63,706 bases of DNA from an uncultured virus (IMG/VR IMGVR_UViG_3300046007_010127) (Duplodnaviria > Heunggongvirae > Uroviricota > Caudoviricetes). The translations under genes were made by a program, and so were the position numbers. Location of the stretch: IMG/VR virus record IMGVR_UViG_3300046007_010127; one strand, written 5' to 3'. This document shows, piece after piece, positions 1 through 8,336 of this stretch (the first letter of the stretch is position 1; every line of letters begins with the position of its first letter). The notes beneath the pieces are model-generated. The model saw only the letters and a list, made by a program, of their open reading frames with translations, was not told the DNA's origin and ran no database searches.

Positions 1-2
1 CA

Positions 3-773
3 CAGTTAAAAGGCGGTGTGGAAAAAGGTAAGCAATTTCCTTTCCGCTATTGGTCAGCTTATAAAGCAATACAGGGTGCGGACGTCCATAACAAGCAAGC
101 CATTCTGGATACACTCGAAGAATGTATAGATATTTCTGTTGGTAATATGCCTAAATTAAACGGTAAAGTTGCTTGCTTGTCCGATAATTCAGGATCTTCG
201 TGGGGATCTTGTAATAGCGAATATGGGACAGTAACTGTAGCAGAGATTGCTAATCTTTCGTCCCTTATTACTGCATTACAATCAGATGAAGGAGTGGTTG
301 GAGTATTTGGTGACGAATTATCATTACAGCCAGTATCCAAAAGAAATGGTCTGCTAACCCAATTAAAAGAAACATCTGAAAGGGGTAGAAAACAAGGAGG
401 AGGAACAGAAAATGGTATTTGGATTTTCTGGGATGATGCTATAAAAAATAAAGTTCACTATGACACTGTATTCATATATTCAGATATGCAGGCAGGTCAT
501 GGAGGTCTTTATGGGCACAGACATACTGTAGGTTCATCGCCTTACGGATTCGACGGGCAAGGAGATGTACACGTTGACGTATTATCTATGGTACAGGAAT
601 ACAGAAGAACTGTAAATTCTAAAGTTAATGTCTTCTGTGTACAAGTAGCTGGATACAACAATTCAGTATTACCTGAGAATCTTTACCGAGGAGCAATCCT
701 TGCCGGATGGACTGGTAAAGAGCCTTCATTCGCAAAATCAATTATTGACATCTGGGATTCTATAGAGTCATAA
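3..773 (+). CDS. TROVE/Ro60-family RNA-binding protein, C-terminal part with vWA domain (5' truncated by window edge)
   Basis: QFPFRYWSAY TROVE motif, MIDAS-like DNSGSS and YSDMQ vWA motifs; frame is open back to the window start. Confidence 0.8.
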   Translation, partial: QLKGGVEKGKQFPFRYWSAYKAIQGADVHNKQAILDTLEECIDISVGNMPKLNGKVACLSDNSGSSWGSCNSEYGTVTVAEIANLSSLITALQSDEGVVGVFGDELSLQPVSKRNGLLTQLKETSERGRKQGGGTENGIWIFWDDAIKNKVHYDTVFIYSDMQAGHGGLYGHRHTVGSSPYGFDGQGDVHVDVLSMVQEYRRTVNSKVNVFCVQVAGYNNSVLPENLYRGAILAGWTGKEPSFAKSIIDIWDSIES

Positions 774-797
774 TCAGATATTATAGACTAATTATCT

Positions 798-826
798 AAT
801 CCTCACCTTAGGGTGAGGATTTTTTT
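798..826 (+). terminator. Intrinsic terminator after TROVE gene
   Basis: aatcctcacc-ttag-ggtgaggatt hairpin followed by a T-run. Confidence 0.8.
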
Positions 827-860
827 GTGTTTTTTTGATAGAATCAAGATAAATAGCTAT

Positions 861-1136
861 ATGAAGAATATAAAAACGTTTGAGAGCTACGGCTACGAGG
901 TTAAAGATATAAGTAGTCAATTCCCAATAAAAAAATACGGAGATGAATTTCCTCTATCAAATTTAAGCCCTGGTGATTCTGTTGTATATCTAGGTGCTAA
1001 ATTTACAGTGGATAGTGTTGATGATTATGTAATGGTTTTGAGAAGCAATGACGGATCAACTATTAAGGTTAACCAAAATATGTTTAATACTAGAGGGTTT
1101 ATTGGAAAAGATTACGTTCCCTCTAAAATGATGTAA
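861..1136 (+). CDS. Hypothetical protein (MKNIKTFESY N-terminus)
   Basis: ORF; start moved from 813 to ATG 861, just after GATAAATA (848-855). Confidence 0.65.
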   Translation: MKNIKTFESYGYEVKDISSQFPIKKYGDEFPLSNLSPGDSVVYLGAKFTVDSVDDYVMVLRSNDGSTIKVNQNMFNTRGFIGKDYVPSKMM

Positions 1137-1137
1137 T

Positions 1138-1338
1138 ATGAGAGACAACGTTAAGATATTCGAGATGCTTTCTGAAAAAACTAGAAATGATCTAAATAGT
1201 TTTTCAGATCTTCTAGAGGAATCAACTGGAAATATTGATATTAGTAAGAGATTCTCTGATCTAATACAAAGGGTAGTAGTAGAGTCATACTACGGTTCGA
1301 AAGAAAAAATAAATTTTAATCCGGATGGCAAAGGTTAA
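1138..1338 (+). CDS. Hypothetical protein
   Basis: ORF immediately after the previous gene. Confidence 0.55.
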   Translation: MRDNVKIFEMLSEKTRNDLNSFSDLLEESTGNIDISKRFSDLIQRVVVESYYGSKEKINFNPDGKG

Positions 1339-1498
1339 AAACTCAGATTCACTTAAAAATCACAAAAGATCGCACAAAAAGAAAAGACCTGGTATACATT
1401 CAAAATGTAAATCTAGCGTAAGTAAGAATGCTAAACACTACAAAAAGCCCTATAAATCTCAAGGAAGATAGGAAGGATATATAATAAAAAAGATTAAA

Positions 1499-1900
1499 AT
1501 GAGACATCTTAGAATATACGAGAGTTTTGTCAGAGAAATGGATCCTATGACTATGGACCAGGACATGGATACTATGGAAATGGATCAGGACATGGAGACT
1601 CAATACGATCCCTATGCTACTGGAGAATTCGAAGCAGAATCAACTTCGTTTACACCTATTGATGATGAAAAAGACGGCGATTATATAGTTAATTTTATAA
1701 ATGCTGACGGAGAAGAAACAACTATAACGATAGGACATGCAATAGATCCAGAGTATGTTGGCAAAACAATGGTAAGTTCAATCGATATGATCCCTGACTC
1801 TAGTTCAGACGGTAGAGAATATTCATTGGTTGGATACTATGACGAAATACCAGGATCTGCTGGAGCTTATGAGCTAAAAAAAGTTCTAATTGAAGGATAA
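1499..1900 (+). CDS. Acidic hypothetical protein (MRHLRIYESF N-terminus)
   Basis: ORF with GATATATA upstream; short MDQDM repeats. Confidence 0.7.
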   Translation: MRHLRIYESFVREMDPMTMDQDMDTMEMDQDMETQYDPYATGEFEAESTSFTPIDDEKDGDYIVNFINADGEETTITIGHAIDPEYVGKTMVSSIDMIPDSSSDGREYSLVGYYDEIPGSAGAYELKKVLIEG

Positions 1901-2190
1901 TGTCTATTAAAATCTATTCCGGATACGACGAATTTAAATACGAAGAGCCCGAACTATGCGAATATGTAGAGGATGAATCAGGATATCCGGATGAATCGGA
2001 ATCAGAAGAAGAAACTGATGATATATTTTTCTATTCTAGAGAATCCAATAGTTTTTCTGACACTTCCACTTTTTATGTAGTTTCTGATTTAGAGGATGAA
2101 GAAAATGCGGAAGACATATCTGGGTATCTAGGTAAGTTTAAAAGAATCTATATAAATGATTCTCACAAGGTTTTATTTTGCGTAAGTTAA
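1900..2190 (+). CDS. Acidic hypothetical protein
   Basis: ORF, TAATG-coupled to the upstream gene. Confidence 0.65.
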   Translation: MSIKIYSGYDEFKYEEPELCEYVEDESGYPDESESEEETDDIFFYSRESNSFSDTSTFYVVSDLEDEENAEDISGYLGKFKRIYINDSHKVLFCVS

Positions 2191-2194
2191 AAAA

Positions 2195-3121
2195 ATGAAT
2201 AATATACTATCTTTTAAAGATTTTGTTCTCTTTGAAGACAAAGAGACTAACACAACAAAAAAACTCTTCGATCTTGATAACAAGATGACTTATAAGACCA
2301 TTAAGGATTTAAGAACATCTAAAATAGGAGACAAAAGATACACTTTCTTCTGTGTTGGAAGCGGAATGGAAGCTTATGCAAATTCATTCTTAGAAAAGGA
2401 TAAAGAGAGAGGCGAGGCGCTTCAAAAAATTGCAAACAACAAAGATAAAACATTAGTCTTTAGCGAGCAGGGAATATACGTAGTATCTGAGGCGGTATTT
2501 AACGGACTAGTTTCTCTTTCAACAACTATCTTTACATACGTTCCAGATGGATCTATAACAGCAGGAATTAGTATAACAAGGGTTTTTAAGCTTATTAATG
2601 TTTACTACAATAATAAAGGAAAAGCACCATTCGATAGTATGAAGGAAGATCCGGCAGCAATAGCAAAAATAATAATATCGGATCTTTATAAATTGGCGGA
2701 TTCGTCACCTAAGGCATCAGAGGCGGTATCTGTTTTAACAGTAGCACTTTATAAATCTGCCCCTTCATCATTTAAAACAATACCTAATTTCTTAGAAGAT
2801 TGCGTCTATAATACAGCAAAGGACCTAAATCTAAAATCTGTAAAAGTTGGACAGAATATAGAAGATTTCTATAAAGTAGCACAAAATACTCTGGATAATC
2901 TTAATGTACCAATTCTTAAAAATATAGAAATGGGTCTTGATAAAATGTCTGCTATAATAGAAAAAGGAATAAGAAAGACTAATATATTTTCAACAAAGAT
3001 AGGTAAAGAAGCTGGTGAGGCTTTAAAAGCAGCTCAAGAAAGAATAGCTCCTACAGGTAAAGCTATAGCCTCTAAGAGTAAACCTATATGGGATTCTATA
3101 TTTGGAAAAAAATCGAAATAA
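2195..3121 (+). CDS. Hypothetical protein
   Basis: 308-aa ORF. Confidence 0.75.
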   Translation: MNNILSFKDFVLFEDKETNTTKKLFDLDNKMTYKTIKDLRTSKIGDKRYTFFCVGSGMEAYANSFLEKDKERGEALQKIANNKDKTLVFSEQGIYVVSEAVFNGLVSLSTTIFTYVPDGSITAGISITRVFKLINVYYNNKGKAPFDSMKEDPAAIAKIIISDLYKLADSSPKASEAVSVLTVALYKSAPSSFKTIPNFLEDCVYNTAKDLNLKSVKVGQNIEDFYKVAQNTLDNLNVPILKNIEMGLDKMSAIIEKGIRKTNIFSTKIGKEAGEALKAAQERIAPTGKAIASKSKPIWDSIFGKKSK

Positions 3122-3158
3122 TTCCTGAAATCGTTTTTTTTATTTATGTTAAACCCTC

Positions 3159-3196
3159 TATATTTGTGAAACAAAACAAAAGGAACGATATATAAC
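3159..3196 (+). promoter_or_regulatory. Stacked promoters of tRNA operon 1
   Basis: TATATTTG (3159, Bacteroidota -7 type), GAAAC (3168) with TATAAC (3191), and GATATATA (3187). Confidence 0.55.
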
Positions 3197-3202
3197 AGAT
3201 AT

Positions 3203-3277
3203 ATGAAAAATCTAAACAACATATTACCTATATCATTAAGACCGTCGATAAGACGATCTCTAAAGGTCCTGTGTTAG
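3203..3277 (+). CDS. Leader peptide 1 (MKNLNNILPISLRPSIRRSLKVLC) of the tRNA operon 1 attenuator
   Basis: 24-codon ORF rich in ATA/TTA/TCN/AGA/CCN codons; last codons contain the antiterminator taaaggtcctg (3261-3271). Confidence 0.75.
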   Translation: MKNLNNILPISLRPSIRRSLKVLC

Positions 3278-3297
3278 TTTTCAATATATACTAAACT

Positions 3298-3332
3298 AAA
3301 AAACCGGGACCTTTAAAAGTCCCGGTTTTTTT
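3298..3332 (+). terminator. Attenuator terminator 1
   Basis: ccgggac/gtcccgg stem plus T7; 3305-3315 is complementary to 3261-3271. Confidence 0.85.
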
Positions 3333-3333
3333 A

Positions 3334-3345
3334 TGTTCTTTGAAA
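3334..3345 (+). promoter_or_regulatory. boxA-like antitermination site
   Basis: TGTTCTTTGAAA, resembling rrn boxA; found at the same position in all three tRNA operons. Confidence 0.65.
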
Positions 3346-3350
3346 TAATT

Positions 3351-3439
3351 GGAGAGGTGGCAGAGTTGGTTTAATGCACCTGTCTTGAAAACAGACGTAG
3401 TGAAAGTTACCGGGGGTTCGAATCCCTCCCTCTCCGCCA
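3351..3439 (+). tRNA. tRNA-Ser(TGA)
   Basis: Cloverleaf, loop CTTGAAA, long variable arm, encoded CCA. Confidence 0.95.
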
Positions 3440-3442
3440 ATT

Positions 3443-3516
3443 GGTCCGATAGCTCAGCTGGATAGAGCAACTGCCTTCTAAGCAGTAGGTCGCAGGTTCG
3501 AATCCTGCTCGGATCA
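3443..3516 (+). tRNA. tRNA-Arg(TCT)
   Basis: Cloverleaf, anticodon arm ACTGC-CTTCTAA-GCAGT. Confidence 0.95.
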
Positions 3517-3522
3517 CTATAT

Positions 3523-3598
3523 CGGGATGTAGATCAGTTGGTAGATCGCCTGGTTTGGGACCAGGAGGCCCCAGGTTCGAGTCCTGGTATCCCGACCA
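3523..3598 (+). tRNA. tRNA-Pro(TGG)
   Basis: Cloverleaf, CCTGG-TTTGGGA-CCAGG, encoded CCA. Confidence 0.95.
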
Positions 3599-3599
3599 T

Positions 3600-3673
3600 A
3601 GAGATGTAGCTCAATTGGTTAGAGCACATGCCTTATACGCATGCGGTCACGAGTTCGACTCTCGTCGTCTCTA
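3600..3673 (+). tRNA. tRNA-Ile(TAT)
   Basis: Cloverleaf, CATGC-CTTATAC-GCATG. Confidence 0.85.
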
Positions 3674-3677
3674 CTTA

Positions 3678-3751
3678 GGTCCCTTAGCTCAGTAGGTTAG
3701 AGCAACTGACTCATAATCAGTAGGTCCACGGTTCGAGCCCGTGAGGGACCA
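3678..3751 (+). tRNA. tRNA-CAT, probably Ile2 (lysidine type)
   Basis: Cloverleaf, ACTGA-CTCATAA-TCAGT; GGTCCCT acceptor resembles bacterial Ile2 rather than Met. Confidence 0.8.
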
Positions 3752-3766
3752 CAAAATTAATAATCT

Positions 3767-3847
3767 GCCTGGGTGGTGAAATTGGTAGACACGTTCGGCT
3801 TAAGATCGAATGCGAAATGCGTGAGGGTTCGAGTCCCTCCTCGGGTA
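3767..3847 (+). tRNA. tRNA-Leu(TAA)
   Basis: Type II cloverleaf, TTCGG-CTTAAGA-TCGAA. Confidence 0.9.
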
Positions 3848-3852
3848 CATAT

Positions 3853-3955
3853 ATAAGAGTGGCGGAAGCGAGATCATTTATGATCCGATGGAGAGACGCT
3901 AGGGTGTCATGCCCGAGAACGAAAGTTCATGTTGGTTCAAGTCCAACCTCTTGTA
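3853..3955 (+). ncRNA. Atypical tRNA-like RNA (D-loop hairpin insertion, non-canonical anticodon arm)
   Basis: Acceptor ATAAGAG/CTCTTGT, T-arm GTTGG-TTCAAGT-CCAAC, variable arm GAAC-GAAA-GTTC, extra GATCA-TTTA-TGATC hairpin. Confidence 0.6.
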
Positions 3956-3974
3956 CTTTTTTAATTATAAATAA

Positions 3975-4262
3975 CTATACAGTTAATTTTTCTACCTTAG
4001 CTACTGAATATTTTTTACCCTCTCCGTAATTTCCTCCAGGTGTTTCATTTAAAGTAACTTTAAAATAGTAACCTGAAACTGAATTACTTTTAATAGAGTA
4101 AACAAGATCAGACTTTTGAGTTACTGAATCTATTGATTGCATACCCATTTTAGATGCAACAGTATCGCTAGAAATTATTGATTTTATTTTTTCTGCTGTA
4201 GAATAAAAAGGCGCAGCAGCCTCATTCATTATTTCGTTTTTAAAATCTTCGAATCTTTTCAT
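3975..4262 (-). CDS. Hypothetical protein (MKRFEDFKNE N-terminus)
   Basis: ORF in a two-gene minus-strand unit. Confidence 0.65.
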   Translation of the reverse strand: MKRFEDFKNEIMNEAAAPFYSTAEKIKSIISSDTVASKMGMQSIDSVTQKSDLVYSIKSNSVSGYYFKVTLNETPGGNYGEGKKYSVAKVEKLTV

Positions 4263-4275
4263 TTCTTATTATATT

Positions 4276-4827
4276 TTACTTAGCCTCTTTAATTCTGAAG
4301 TATCCTCGGTGATCGGTTTTACCTGGTTCTACACCATCTTCGAATTTACAATATCCAGTAGAATTAAAGAAGTTCCATTCTTCTCTTCTGCCTTTACTAA
4401 GTTTATCCTGTGGCATTAAAGATCTATTATATTCTTGATTTTCTTGGTTAATTCTCTTATACATTCCATTATAAAATGTAGATGTGCTAAGTAAATTCGT
4501 AGCTTCTTCCATTAATCTTCTATTGATATTATAGTCAAATATAGCCTCATGAATAGAAATCTCTGAAATGCCTCTTCTATAGCTAATCCATTGCGATATA
4601 ATTCCACCATAATTATATGGTGTATAAGCTAAATCCCCTACGTAAAAAAGATTAAAATATGGAGAATTCTCTTTGCTGTGATCGAACAACCTTATGTTAG
4701 TATTAAAATATGGTACAGTTCCTCCGAATTCTTTCATTCTATTATGGAATCCAGGAAGTATCTCTAATGTTATCGATGTGGGATTATTATTTGTATCAAA
4801 TCCTTCGAATAGCTTAATATGTTTCAT
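4276..4827 (-). CDS. Hypothetical protein (MKHIKLFEGF N-terminus)
   Basis: ORF with minus-strand GATATATA at 4832-4839. Confidence 0.7.
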   Translation of the reverse strand: MKHIKLFEGFDTNNNPTSITLEILPGFHNRMKEFGGTVPYFNTNIRLFDHSKENSPYFNLFYVGDLAYTPYNYGGIISQWISYRRGISEISIHEAIFDYNINRRLMEEATNLLSTSTFYNGMYKRINQENQEYNRSLMPQDKLSKGRREEWNFFNSTGYCKFEDGVEPGKTDHRGYFRIKEAK

Positions 4828-4911
4828 ATATTATATATCCATAGTATGATCCATAAATAAGAAACAAAATCTATTATAGGATGTAAAATTGTTAATACAA
4901 AACGTAAGATT

Positions 4912-5604
4912 GTGATTGAAGAATTAAAAGATTTTTATTGGGACTGGATGTCAGATGGAACGGAACAGGGAAACTATCATAAAGAAACCATGATAGGTGA
5001 GATATTTGTCCAAAGAGCCTATGAAAGATTCTTTGAAGTAGATGAGGGAGATATCGTTGTAGATATTGGAGCTAGTGTAGGTCCTTTTACAAAGTCAATT
5101 CTTCATAAAAATCCAAAACACGTATTTTGTTTAGAACCAAGCTATTCCGAATTTAAATGTCTAGTTAAAAATACCATAGGTTACCCTGTTACACAAGTAA
5201 ATAAAGGAATATGGGAAACAAACGGAACGGCTAATAGCGATCAACTATTCGGTGGTGAATCTGTAATGGAAGCTCTAACATTCCAAACGTTTATAGATCT
5301 TTTCTCGATAGAAAAAATAGACTTTCTTAAAACTGATTGTGAAGGGGGTGAGTACGAGATATTCAAAACCGAAAATATAGAATACCTAAAAAATAATGTT
5401 AGTAAAATAACTGGAGAATGGCACTTAAGAAGCCCTGAGAATAAATTAAGATTTAGAAATTTTAGAGATAATATACTTTCACAATTTCAAAAATATGAAG
5501 TTTATTCTGTCGATGGTGTCGACATTAAATGGGATTTATGGAATGAGCATTTTATAGAATATTATGAGGAGATAATATTGTATATAGATAACAGAACCAA
5601 TTAA
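4912..5604 (+). CDS. FkbM-family SAM-dependent methyltransferase
   Basis: VVDIGASVG and IDFLKTDCEGGE motifs. Confidence 0.85.
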   Translation: MIEELKDFYWDWMSDGTEQGNYHKETMIGEIFVQRAYERFFEVDEGDIVVDIGASVGPFTKSILHKNPKHVFCLEPSYSEFKCLVKNTIGYPVTQVNKGIWETNGTANSDQLFGGESVMEALTFQTFIDLFSIEKIDFLKTDCEGGEYEIFKTENIEYLKNNVSKITGEWHLRSPENKLRFRNFRDNILSQFQKYEVYSVDGVDIKWDLWNEHFIEYYEEIILYIDNRTN

Positions 5605-5626
5605 GACTGTGGTTATGAGATATATA

Positions 5627-6067
5627 TTATTTGTTTTCGATAAGAAGCTCTCCAAGAACTTCTATCTTGCCGACAAGCTCCTGGAATTCCACTTGAGTGA
5701 TATTCATAGAGTTTCTAGTTGCTTCATAAAGATCAGTTAATAGATCATCATACTCTCCTTTAAGATTATCCATATCTAATTCCCCGTCTACACTCTTTTG
5801 ATAGTATGGAAGTTTAACATGAAAATGGTGATATGTTAATAAAGCATCTCCACCTTTTTCTTTTGCAGCCTTGGATATTTTTGTTGCGCCAGCTAATCTA
5901 TTCTCTGAAAATTCTTGTAGTGTCTCTTTTTCTTCGTTTACATCGGAATTTTCTTTTACACAGTTAGGTACAGGTCTACCGTCTTTATCCTTGGTTCCAA
6001 TTTGCTTGTAACCAGCCCAGCAAGGTCCTTTTTTTTCGAGTATAAATTTGTCGTAATCTAGTATCAT
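5627..6067 (-). CDS. Hypothetical protein with PCWxGY...VPNCV motif seen in large-phage proteins
   Basis: ORF; minus-strand GATATATA at 6072-6079. Confidence 0.7.
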   Translation of the reverse strand: MILDYDKFILEKKGPCWAGYKQIGTKDKDGRPVPNCVKENSDVNEEKETLQEFSENRLAGATKISKAAKEKGGDALLTYHHFHVKLPYYQKSVDGELDMDNLKGEYDDLLTDLYEATRNSMNITQVEFQELVGKIEVLGELLIENK

Positions 6068-6104
6068 ATCCTATATATCACGAAAGATATATACATTACC
6101 TAAT

Positions 6105-6470
6105 ATGAAAAATATTTATACCTATAACGACTTCATTAATGAAGGCAAAGATCCAAAGAAAGGTTCAGGTAAAAAACCTAAAGGATCCGGTAGAAGACTT
6201 TACACGGATGAAAATCCGGACGATACTGTACCGATAAAATTCAGAACTAAGGAAGATGTACAGGAAACTGTTAACAGCAGTGCTTTTAAATCTAAAACAC
6301 ACCAAAGACAATCTCAGATTTTAAATCTAATAGAACAAAGGCTTCGTGTTGCAGTAAGAGAAGCAAAAGATCCATCCACTAAGAGAAGACTAAAGAGAGC
6401 ACACGAATATGCTTTACTAAAATGTGAATCTTCTAAAAGAAAAACCCAGAGGGTTAAAGATAACAGGTGA
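6105..6470 (+). CDS. Basic hypothetical protein (GKKPKGSGRRLYTDENP motif)
   Basis: ORF; GATATATA at 6086. Confidence 0.7.
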   Translation: MKNIYTYNDFINEGKDPKKGSGKKPKGSGRRLYTDENPDDTVPIKFRTKEDVQETVNSSAFKSKTHQRQSQILNLIEQRLRVAVREAKDPSTKRRLKRAHEYALLKCESSKRKTQRVKDNR

Positions 6471-6492
6471 CTCTATTAATAATAAGAATTCG

Positions 6493-6861
6493 ATGAATAA
6501 TCATATAAAGATAACCGGACTAGGAATAGAAATATACAATAAAGATTTTGTATCTATGAAATGGGGCAAGGCATTCGATATGGCTTTAAGATTAGGAGAT
6601 GGATGGAGACTTCCTACCATAGAAGAAATGAGAATAGTAAGATCCATAAGAGATGTAGGAGGAATTGGAAATTTTCCTCGATATAAAGAATTTGACGATT
6701 ATTATTACTGGACATCTAGAGAGGGGGAAACATTAAACTCAAGAACAACTTTAGCAGACGGATCTGTTGCTTACGCATATTTTTTTGATATAGGTGATGG
6801 GGAATTTTCACACAATAAAAAATCATACGAACTTAGGGTTAGGTTTGTCAGAGATATATAG
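6493..6861 (+). CDS. DUF1566/Lcl-like domain protein
   Basis: DGWRLPTIEEM, YYWTS and terminal VRFVR motifs; start moved to ATG 6493. Confidence 0.6.
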   Translation: MNNHIKITGLGIEIYNKDFVSMKWGKAFDMALRLGDGWRLPTIEEMRIVRSIRDVGGIGNFPRYKEFDDYYYWTSREGETLNSRTTLADGSVAYAYFFDIGDGEFSHNKKSYELRVRFVRDI

Positions 6862-6864
6862 AAT

Positions 6865-7716
6865 ATGCCAACATCAAGACCTTTCGCATATAATCCAACA
6901 CAAGCAACAATTTCTGGAACTACAAATGTAGGTACATTATGCGTAGGTGTATCTGCTTTAAACTATGGTGCAAATCCAGGAGGACTAACTTGGTGGATGG
7001 GTCCGGACGAGGATAATTCTTATATAATAGCTAAAGATGTACCATCCGGCGATTTTCCAACACCAGTAGGTAGTATAGGTACTGTACAATTCTGGGGATG
7101 CTCTAATACAGATGAAGCTTTTAGAAGTACAGTACAAATAATAAGCGGTATTACACAAGCATCTGCTTCAGCTGCTAATGCTTGGTTAACAGCAAATAAC
7201 TATTGGACTAATCGGGATCCGTATCTTGCAGGCTTATACAAAACAACTTACAGTGGTTATTTTAATGATAATGTTAGTTTCTTTGCAACAGCAACTCCTG
7301 CATCTGTAGGCGGAAATCCTGCTACATCAGTACAAACTACTTCTATATTTGAACCTTCTCAGAATGATGGAGAAAATTTCAGTTGTCAGTGGTTAGGATA
7401 TTTCAAACCAACCACTACAGAAACATATACTTTTTTCACATCATCTGATGATGCGTCATATGTGTGGATAGGTTCAAATGCACAGACAGGTTTTACCACA
7501 GGAAACTCTACAGTTAATAATGGAGGACTTCACGGAACTTTAGAGAAATCAGGCTCAATTGCATTAACTGCTGGTACATATTATCAAATAAGAATACAAT
7601 TTGGAGAACTAAGTGGAGGCGATGTTATGACATTTAATTTCTCAACCCCTACTATCTCGAAAACAACCAATGTAACAGGACTAGTATTTTATAATCCGTC
7701 CACTAATGGATTCTAA
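6865..7716 (+). CDS. PA14-domain protein (putative carbohydrate-binding virion protein)
   Basis: FSCQWLGYF...YTFFTSSDDASYVWIG...NNGGLHG...LTAGTYYQIRIQFGE. Confidence 0.8.
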   Translation: MPTSRPFAYNPTQATISGTTNVGTLCVGVSALNYGANPGGLTWWMGPDEDNSYIIAKDVPSGDFPTPVGSIGTVQFWGCSNTDEAFRSTVQIISGITQASASAANAWLTANNYWTNRDPYLAGLYKTTYSGYFNDNVSFFATATPASVGGNPATSVQTTSIFEPSQNDGENFSCQWLGYFKPTTTETYTFFTSSDDASYVWIGSNAQTGFTTGNSTVNNGGLHGTLEKSGSIALTAGTYYQIRIQFGELSGGDVMTFNFSTPTISKTTNVTGLVFYNPSTNGF

Positions 7717-7752
7717 TTCAATAATTAGATATATAGACTATAAAAAAAAGAA

Positions 7753-8031
7753 ATGAAATACCTAAAAAAATATCAAGACAATAATCGCAATATTAACGAA
7801 GGGTTTTGGGATTCCATTTTTGGAAAACCCACTGTTGATGACGCTGCTCACGATTCTCTTAGAGGCCAAGGATTTAGTCACAGAGGTAAAGACGAAGAAA
7901 ACTACATCATGTTCCAGGGACAAAAATTTTATCCTGAGCAGATTCAGTATGATGACGTTTACTCGACTAAGCCTATCCCAAGAGTAGAGAATGGGATGCT
8001 TATAGTTGCTAATCCTGCTTGGAATCTATAA
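7753..8031 (+). CDS. Hypothetical protein
   Basis: ORF; GATATATA at 7728. Confidence 0.65.
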   Translation: MKYLKKYQDNNRNINEGFWDSIFGKPTVDDAAHDSLRGQGFSHRGKDEENYIMFQGQKFYPEQIQYDDVYSTKPIPRVENGMLIVANPAWNL

Positions 8032-8059
8032 AAAAAATAAAAAATCATTTTTTTATACT

Positions 8060-8090
8060 GAAACTTTTATCTACTTTTGTAGTATATAAA
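8060..8090 (+). promoter_or_regulatory. Stacked promoters of tRNA operon 2
   Basis: GAAAC (8060), TACTTTTG (8072), AGTATATAAA (8081). Confidence 0.5.
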
Positions 8091-8110
8091 CAAAACAACA
8101 AAAAAATTCA

Positions 8111-8188
8111 ATGCAACAATTTCTAAATATCGGAATAGATGCTCAGCTCGATCTTCTTGAGGATATTGGAAAGTGTCAGAGGAAATAA
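8111..8188 (+). CDS. Leader peptide 2 (MQQFLNIGIDAQLDLLEDIGKCQRK) of the tRNA operon 2 attenuator
   Basis: 25-codon ORF with a GAT/CTN/GAG block; antiterminator tgtcagagg (8174-8182) in the last codons. Confidence 0.72.
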   Translation: MQQFLNIGIDAQLDLLEDIGKCQRK

Positions 8189-8209
8189 ATTTATATAAAG
8201 ATACAATTT

Positions 8210-8238
8210 AAACCTCTGATAACCTCAGAGGTTTTTTT
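8210..8238 (+). terminator. Attenuator terminator 2
   Basis: aaacctctga-taacc-tcagaggttt plus T-run; 8213-8221 is complementary to 8174-8182. Confidence 0.85.
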
Positions 8239-8247
8239 GTTTTTATA

Positions 8248-8259
8248 TGTTCTTTGAAA
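8248..8259 (+). promoter_or_regulatory. boxA-like antitermination site
   Basis: TGTTCTTTGAAA, identical to 3334-3345. Confidence 0.65.
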
Positions 8260-8263
8260 TTAT

Positions 8264-8335
8264 GGTCGGTTCATCTAGGGGTCAGGATACAAGGTTTTCA
8301 TCCTTGTCACACGGGTTCGAATCCCGTACCGACTA
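8264..8335 (+). tRNA. tRNA-Glu(TTC)
   Basis: Cloverleaf, CAAGG-TTTTCAT-CCTTG. Confidence 0.92.
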
Positions 8336-8336
8336 C

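Noticed and set aside
3853..3955. Calling the atypical RNA a selenocysteine or opal-suppressor tRNA
   Set aside because: It lacks U33/purine 37 and the extended acceptor and D stems of tRNA-Sec, so it is kept only as tRNA-like.
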